DNA of 21,878 bases from assembly GCA_040904565.1 (NCBI GenBank), contig JBBDTI010000058.1, forward strand, positions 75,258 to 97,135. Direction: 5' to 3'. The position numbers and the translations under genes were made by a program. The DNA is from Rhodothermales bacterium (GTDB lineage Bacteria; Bacteroidota; Rhodothermia; Rhodothermales; VXPQ01). This document shows positions 16,464 to 21,878 of the stretch, in pieces. The first letter of the stretch is position 1. Each line of letters begins with the position of its first letter. Below the pieces are notes generated by a model. The model saw only the letters and a list, made by a program, of their open reading frames with translations. It was not told the DNA's origin and made no database searches.

Positions 16464-18374
16464 ATGCGTGTGAGCCGCGGTAGACCGATCGAGGGCCTCG
16501 CTGGGATGCTCGTGCTGCTGTTCCTCATCGGGTGTGGGGGAGAAGAAGCGGAGGCATTGTTCGAGAAAATGTCCTCCGCCCGTACCGGTGTTTCCTTTGC
16601 CAACGTGCTTACTCCGACCGAGGCGCTGAATACCTACCTGTTTCGCAACTTCTACAATGGGGGCGGCGTGGCGATCGGCGATATCAATAACGACGGTTTG
16701 CCCGACCTCTTCCTTACCGGCAATCAGCGGTCGAACCGACTGTATCTCAATAAAGGCGATTTTGTATTCGAAGACATCACGGAGGCGGCCGGCGTGGCTT
16801 CGGAGGGACTCTGGTCGACGGGGGCCGTGATGGCGGACGTGAACGGAGACGGCCTGTTGGATATTTATGTGTGTAAGTCGGGCCCGCCCGGTGGAGCGCG
16901 ACGATATAACGAACTCTATATCAACAACGGAGATAAGACGTTTACGGAACGGGCGCGCGCCTACGGACTGGACGTGGCCGGACTCTCGATTCACGCCGCT
17001 TTTTTCGATTTCGATGGAGACGGTGATCTGGATATGTATCTACTGAGCAATCCCGTCCGGTCTCTCGACGACCTGCGGCGACAGCCCGGACTCCGGTCGA
17101 TCCGAGACCCGGGCGGAGGGAATCGCCTCTTTCGTAATGAGCTAATTCCGCATGAAAAGGGCGCCGACACTGCGGCGTTCGATGGGCCCGTCTTTACGGA
17201 CGTGACCGAAGAGGCAGGCATTTACAGCAGCCGGATCGGCTTCGGACTGGGCGTCTCCGTCGCCGACGTCAACCGAGACGGCTGGCCCGACGTTTACGTG
17301 TCGAACGACTTTTTCGAGCGAGATTACCTGTACATCAACCGCGGTGACGGTTCGTTCGACGAGGTGCTGCTGGACGCCATGCCCGCCATCAGCCTCAGTT
17401 CTATGGGCGGGGACGTCGCAGATATCAATCACGACGGCTATCCGGAACTGTTCGTGTCGGATATGCTGCCCGACCGGACTGACAGGCTGCATGCTAAGGC
17501 GTCGTTCATGTCCTGGGAAGAGCACGCGTCACTCGTCGCCGACGGATACCATCATCAGTTCACCCGGAACACGCTCCATTTGAATCGGGGAGCGGATTCG
17601 GGATCTATCGAGAACGGCGGCACGGCGCGCTCCGTCCGATTTAGCGAGATCGGCCGGCTCGCCGGCGTGGAGGCGACGGACTGGAGCTGGGGCGGACTCT
17701 TCGCCGACTTCGATCTCGACGGCCGGCTCGACCTGTTCGTGCCCAACGGGATCTACAAGGATTTGCTGGACCAGGATTTTCTGGAGGAGGCGTCAGACCC
17801 GGCCGCGCTGCGCGCCGTCATGGCGGGGGAGGAGGAGCCCATCATGTCGCTGCTCGACCGGATTCCGTCCACGCCGTTATCCAATCATATGTTCGAAGGC
17901 CGCGAAGGCCTTGTGTTCGATGACGTGAGTTCGGCGTGGGGCGTGGATGAACCAGGCTTTTCAAACGGAGCAGCCTACGCGGATCTGGACGGGGACGGCG
18001 CGCTCGATCTCGTCGTCAACAACGTCAACATGGAAGCGTTCGTCTACCGCAACCGGGCCGCCGAATGGTATCCGGATCGAGCGTGGCTCCAGATCGATCT
18101 CGCCGGCCAGGCTCCGAATGCCTTTGCCGTTGGCACGCAGGTAACCGCCTGGTCGAGCGGCCGGCAGTGGTACGTCGAGCAACAACCCGTGCGCGGCTTC
18201 CAGTCGACCGTGGACCACACCCTGCACATGGCGTTCGGAAAGCGGCTTCCATCCGGCCGGCTCGATTCCCTCGTCGTACGGTGGCCGGACGGGCGTATCG
18301 ATACCTATCTCGACGTCGCGACGAACGATCGAATCGAGCTCGCTCCGTTCGACCGAACCGGAGGCGCCCGATGA
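16464..18374 (+). CDS. VCBS/FG-GAP repeat + ASPIC/UnbV (CRTAC1-like) lipoprotein, short form
   Basis: ATG 16464 gives a leader ending LIG-C. NFYNGGGVAIGDINNDG, multiple DxN/DxDG repeats, SNDFFERDYLY, SMGGDVADINHDG, ATDWSWG, FSNGAAYADLDGDG, and UnbV RGFQSTVD..VRWPDG. The stop follows the UnbV domain. Confidence 0.9.
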   Translation: MRVSRGRPIEGLAGMLVLLFLIGCGGEEAEALFEKMSSARTGVSFANVLTPTEALNTYLFRNFYNGGGVAIGDINNDGLPDLFLTGNQRSNRLYLNKGDFVFEDITEAAGVASEGLWSTGAVMADVNGDGLLDIYVCKSGPPGGARRYNELYINNGDKTFTERARAYGLDVAGLSIHAAFFDFDGDGDLDMYLLSNPVRSLDDLRRQPGLRSIRDPGGGNRLFRNELIPHEKGADTAAFDGPVFTDVTEEAGIYSSRIGFGLGVSVADVNRDGWPDVYVSNDFFERDYLYINRGDGSFDEVLLDAMPAISLSSMGGDVADINHDGYPELFVSDMLPDRTDRLHAKASFMSWEEHASLVADGYHHQFTRNTLHLNRGADSGSIENGGTARSVRFSEIGRLAGVEATDWSWGGLFADFDLDGRLDLFVPNGIYKDLLDQDFLEEASDPAALRAVMAGEEEPIMSLLDRIPSTPLSNHMFEGREGLVFDDVSSAWGVDEPGFSNGAAYADLDGDGALDLVVNNVNMEAFVYRNRAAEWYPDRAWLQIDLAGQAPNAFAVGTQVTAWSSGRQWYVEQQPVRGFQSTVDHTLHMAFGKRLPSGRLDSLVVRWPDGRIDTYLDVATNDRIELAPFDRTGGAR

Positions 18375-18490
18375 ACGACCGCTCCTACGTGAACGATCGA
18401 GCCGCATACGTAAATGACCGACGCGCATGCCGCTGGGCGGTTGGTCGCATGACGTCCGGTCTCCTCGGTCGCATGACGCCCGGTCTCCTC
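18371..18490 (+). repeat. Two short tandem repeat sets: 3 x 18-21 nt (18371-18430) and 2 x 24 nt (18443-18490)
   Basis: MNDRSY/VNDRAAY/VNDRRAC; ggtcgcatgacgtccggtctcctc / ggtcgcatgacgcccggtctcctc (1 mismatch). Confidence 0.85.
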
Positions 18491-19057
18491 GGCCTCGCCC
18501 TGCTCCTCGTCGGCCTCTCCACGTCAGCCTGCGGCGGCCGGTCGGACTACGAACGCATGGTCGATCGGGAGCTGGCGCGGGGCGTCGAGTACAACGAACT
18601 GTTTCTTGGATACGAGCTCGGCATGAGCCGGCAGGCATTCTACGACCGCGGCTGGGAGCTGAATCGACAGGGACTCGCCATACAGGGACCCATGAATCAG
18701 TCCGTTCAATACGATCTGGACGACATGCTGCCGCACCCGGCTAAGATGTACTATTATGCCGATTTCCACGACGACCGGGTGTTTCAGATGCGCGCTCGAT
18801 TTGTATATGACGGATGGGCGCCGTGGAACAGAAATTTATCGGCTGACAGTCTGCAGGTCGATGTCGTGTCGCTGTTCACGGAATGGTATGGCGACGGCTT
18901 CGTCGAACGCGGCAGCGGACGCGGCGACCTCCATTATGTCAAAGTCGACGGGAATCGACGCATCGTCGTGGCGAAGCAGTCGGACAGTGAAGTGGTTGCC
19001 GTCTTTACCGATCTTGCCGTCGAGCGAACGCTGGGCGAACGAGACGATCAGAAATAG
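18371..19057 (+). CDS. Hypothetical lipoprotein; true start may be ATG 18449 or 18473
   Basis: ATGA overlap with the upstream stop, hydrophobic stretch ending TSA-C, and a globular aromatic-rich mature part (LFLGYELGM..FY..WELN..YDGWAPWN..VKVDGNRRI). The ORF-track extension to 18065 overlaps the upstream gene. Confidence 0.8.
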   Translation: MNDRSYVNDRAAYVNDRRACRWAVGRMTSGLLGRMTPGLLGLALLLVGLSTSACGGRSDYERMVDRELARGVEYNELFLGYELGMSRQAFYDRGWELNRQGLAIQGPMNQSVQYDLDDMLPHPAKMYYYADFHDDRVFQMRARFVYDGWAPWNRNLSADSLQVDVVSLFTEWYGDGFVERGSGRGDLHYVKVDGNRRIVVAKQSDSEVVAVFTDLAVERTLGERDDQK

Positions 19058-19074
19058 ATCTCCGCAATAGAAAA

Positions 19075-21878
19075 ATGGCGGCATCCTACCAGTCCACCGG
19101 CACGCCAGGTCCCGCTCTTCCTCCCCGCGGCCTCGTCCGCCGCCGCCGCAGTCCGGCGATCGTTGCCGCGACCGTCGCGACTGGGATCGTCATGCTTTCA
19201 ATCCTGCTAGCTGCCTGCGGTGAGCGTCCGTCCACCCCCGACGAGCATCTGTTCGAACTCGTACGTCCCTCCGACACGAACGTCGACTTCGTGAATACGC
19301 TGGGTTACGAGTACGCCTTCAATATTTACAGGTATCGAAATTTCTACAACGGAGGGGGCGTCGCGCTCGGCGATGTCAACAACGACGGATACCTCGATAT
19401 CTTTTTCACGGGGAATCAAGTCCCCAACCGCCTCTACCTCAACAACGGCGATTTTACGTTTACGGACGTCACGGACGTCGCCGGCGTGCAGGGACGTCGC
19501 GCCTGGTCGACGGGCGTAAGCATGGTGGACGTCAACGGTGACGGCCGTCTCGACATCTACGTCTGCAATGCGGGGATCGTCGAAGGAGACAACAAGAAGA
19601 ACGAACTCTATATCAACAACGGCGATTCCACCTTCTCCGAGCGGGCCGCAGCGTACGGTATCGCCGACGCCGGACTGTCCGTCCACGGTTCGTTTCTGGA
19701 CTACGACCGCGACGGCGATCTCGACCTGTATCTGGTCAACAACTCGTACAGAAACATAGGGAGCTTCAATCTCGAGGAGAATACGCGCCACGTTCGGCAC
19801 CGGGCCGGGGGAGATCGGCTCTATCGCAATGAGCACGTTCCGAAGCGTTCCCAGCCGGATGACGGCTCGGCAGGATCGGGGCACGTTGCGCAAGCCGGGT
19901 ACGTCGGCGTACGCACCGCTAGCGGCCGTTCCGACGCCAGCGCCGACCCACGTTTCGTCGATGTCAGCGCAGAAGCCGGGATCTACGGGAGCGAGATCGG
20001 ATTCGGCCTCGGCGTCTCCGTAGGAGATCTGAACCGCGACGGGTGGCCGGATATGTACGTTTCGAACGATTTCTTCGAGCGGGACTACCTCTACCTCAAC
20101 AATCGTGACGGGACGTTCAGCGAGGTGTTGGAAAGGAGCATGCACGCCGTGAGCGCGGCGGCCATGGGGGCGGATATGGCCGACCTGAACGGCGACGGCT
20201 ATCTGGATGTGTTCGTTACCGATATGCTCCCGAAGGAAGAGCACCGGATAAAGACCGTGTCCGCCTTCGACAACTGGGAACGGTATCAGCGCTATATAGG
20301 CGATGGCTACTATCACCAGTTCACACGCAATACGCTGCAGCTCAATCGTGGTCGGCGTCCTGCAATACGGTCGGACCGAGCCGACGGTGCGGTTCGACCC
20401 GTTGCCTTCAGCGAGATCGGACGCCTGTCGGGCGTCGAGGCCAGCGACTGGAGCTGGGGGGCGATGATCGCCGACTTCGATCACGACGGATACCGGGACC
20501 TGTTCGTGGCTAACGGGATCTATCAGGATCTGACCAATGCGGATTACCTCGTCGAAATCCGGGACGAGAACACGATGAACGAGATCATCCGGGGCAACGT
20601 GGTTGATTTCGAGCGGCTCATCGACATGATTCCTTCGAATCCCATCGCGAACCACCTGTTCGCGGGCCGGCCGGAACTCCGGTTTGAGGAAGTAACGGAC
20701 GCCTGGGGTCTCGGTACGCCCGGGTTTTCCAACGGGTCGGCCTATGGGGATCTGGACAACGACGGCGATCTGGATCTCGTCGTCAACAACGTCAACATGA
20801 TGCCCTTCATCTATCGAAACCGGACGGCCGAACGGTACCCTGAACGCGCCTGGCTTCAGGTCGAGCTCAAAGGGTCCTATCCCAATACGTTCGCCGTCGG
20901 CGCCCAGCTCACGGCGTGGTCGAGCGGGCGGCAGTGGTACGTCGAACAGCAGCCCGTGCGCGGTTTTCAGTCTACGGTGGACCATACGCTGCACCTCGGC
21001 CTCGGCACCGAGATCTCGGGCGGGCGGATCGATTCGCTCGTTCTCCGGTGGCCTGACGGGCTCGTCTCCAGGCTTGAAGACGTCGCCGTGAATCAGCGGC
21101 TCGACATCCGGCATTCCGGCACCGAACATTCCGAGCCGCGACCACCCTCCGTCGAGTCCGATCCCCTGCTGACCGAGCTGGTCGCTGCCGAGCTCGGCCT
21201 GGATTGGCGTCATCGCGAAAACGAACACAACGACTTCGAGCGGCAGCCGCTGCTTTTTCACATGCGCTCGACGGAAGGCCCCGCGCTATGTGTGGGCGAC
21301 CTGAATGGGGACGGGCGGGACGACGTGTTCCTGGGCGGGGCCAGAGATCAGGCAGGCGCCGTGTTCGTGCAACACGCCGATGGCACCTTCCGACGGCTGG
21401 AGCAGCCTGCACTGGAGGACGATCGCATCTCGGAGGATACGGACTGCGCCATGTTTGACGCGGAGGGCAATGGAGTCCTCGACCTCTATGTGGCCAGTGG
21501 AGGGAGTGAGTTTCCATCGAGCAGCTCCGCGCTCATGGACCGCCTCTATCTGAACGACGGAACGGGTAGTTTCGTGCGTTCCGACCAGCCGCTGACGGCT
21601 GCTGGAGGCGGATTCGAACCGACGGGCGTCGTGGAGGCGGCGGACGTCGACGGGGACGGTCACGTCGATCTCTTCGTGGGTGCAAGGATGCGCCCCTTCG
21701 CGGTCGGTATGTCGGCTGACGGACACCTGCTGCTCAACGACGGTGCGGGGACATTCCGCGAGGTGACGGACGAACGGGCGCCCGAGCTCCGCGGACTCGG
21801 CATGGTGACCGACGCAGCCTGGACGGACGTGGATGGGGACGGTGACCTCGATCTGATCCTCGCGGGAGAATGGATGCC
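19075..21878 (+). CDS. VCBS/FG-GAP repeat + ASPIC/UnbV lipoprotein, long form with a second propeller region (partial, runs off the window)
   Basis: Not in the ORF track because it has no stop. Frame 1 from ATG 19075: MAASYQ..MLSILLAA-C, RNFYNGGGVALGDVNNDG, SNDFFERDYLY, ASDWSWG, UnbV RGFQSTVD..LRWPDG, then HRENEHNDFERQPLLFHMRSTEGP..GDLNGDG, ending DVDGDGDLDLILAGEWM. Confidence 0.92.
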   Translation, partial: MAASYQSTGTPGPALPPRGLVRRRRSPAIVAATVATGIVMLSILLAACGERPSTPDEHLFELVRPSDTNVDFVNTLGYEYAFNIYRYRNFYNGGGVALGDVNNDGYLDIFFTGNQVPNRLYLNNGDFTFTDVTDVAGVQGRRAWSTGVSMVDVNGDGRLDIYVCNAGIVEGDNKKNELYINNGDSTFSERAAAYGIADAGLSVHGSFLDYDRDGDLDLYLVNNSYRNIGSFNLEENTRHVRHRAGGDRLYRNEHVPKRSQPDDGSAGSGHVAQAGYVGVRTASGRSDASADPRFVDVSAEAGIYGSEIGFGLGVSVGDLNRDGWPDMYVSNDFFERDYLYLNNRDGTFSEVLERSMHAVSAAAMGADMADLNGDGYLDVFVTDMLPKEEHRIKTVSAFDNWERYQRYIGDGYYHQFTRNTLQLNRGRRPAIRSDRADGAVRPVAFSEIGRLSGVEASDWSWGAMIADFDHDGYRDLFVANGIYQDLTNADYLVEIRDENTMNEIIRGNVVDFERLIDMIPSNPIANHLFAGRPELRFEEVTDAWGLGTPGFSNGSAYGDLDNDGDLDLVVNNVNMMPFIYRNRTAERYPERAWLQVELKGSYPNTFAVGAQLTAWSSGRQWYVEQQPVRGFQSTVDHTLHLGLGTEISGGRIDSLVLRWPDGLVSRLEDVAVNQRLDIRHSGTEHSEPRPPSVESDPLLTELVAAELGLDWRHRENEHNDFERQPLLFHMRSTEGPALCVGDLNGDGRDDVFLGGARDQAGAVFVQHADGTFRRLEQPALEDDRISEDTDCAMFDAEGNGVLDLYVASGGSEFPSSSSALMDRLYLNDGTGSFVRSDQPLTAAGGGFEPTGVVEAADVDGDGHVDLFVGARMRPFAVGMSADGHLLLNDGAGTFREVTDERAPELRGLGMVTDAAWTDVDGDGDLDLILAGEWM

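Noticed and set aside
18065-18370. Longer start for the hypothetical lipoprotein given by the ORF track
   Set aside because: It overlaps 300 nt of the conserved UnbV domain in another frame. The ATGA-coupled start at 18371 or a later ATG is more plausible.
128-18769. Numerous overlapping alternative-frame and minus-strand ORFs (e.g. 1238-2203, 4025-5167, 8128-9381, 11380-12348, 13720-14748)
   Set aside because: They lie within well-supported + strand genes, are Arg/Pro/Ala-rich without motifs, and are expected in high-GC DNA.
19207-21261. 684-aa minus-strand ORF
   Set aside because: Antisense shadow of the + strand VCBS gene starting at 19075, which has clear family motifs. The minus-strand product has none.
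7018-21878. Enediyne biosynthetic cluster suggested by UnbV domains
   Set aside because: No PKSE, thioesterase or other enediyne core genes are visible, and the context is uptake and catabolism.

Overview
A GC-rich bacterial window in which all 12 credible genes lie on the + strand. The SusC/SusD pair combined with high GC suggests the Bacteroidota/Rhodothermota lineage (inference). Gene order: 3' end of a probable FAD-dependent oxidoreductase; phosphotriesterase-family metallohydrolase; PfkB sugar kinase; exported Cys-type sulfatase; lipoprotein PQQ-type sugar dehydrogenase-PKD-cytochrome c-CBM6 fusion; TPR-FG-GAP/VCBS-ASPIC/UnbV protein with a large unnamed C-terminal domain; SusC-like TonB-dependent transporter; SusD; exported PIG-L deacetylase; short VCBS-ASPIC/UnbV lipoprotein; small hypothetical lipoprotein; long VCBS-ASPIC/UnbV lipoprotein that runs off the window and is absent from the ORF track. 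The best candidate for an undescribed system is this SusCD uptake locus. No recognisable glycoside hydrolase or lyase is visible in the window. Instead it carries three ASPIC/UnbV Ca-binding beta-propeller proteins, a self-contained redox lipoprotein, and desulfating and deacetylating enzymes. Smaller features include degenerate tandem repeats at translationally coupled gene starts, an in-frame palindrome in the sulfatase, and a structured susC leader. No rRNA, tRNA, CRISPR array or transposase was seen. All family calls come from motif recognition by eye, not database searches.
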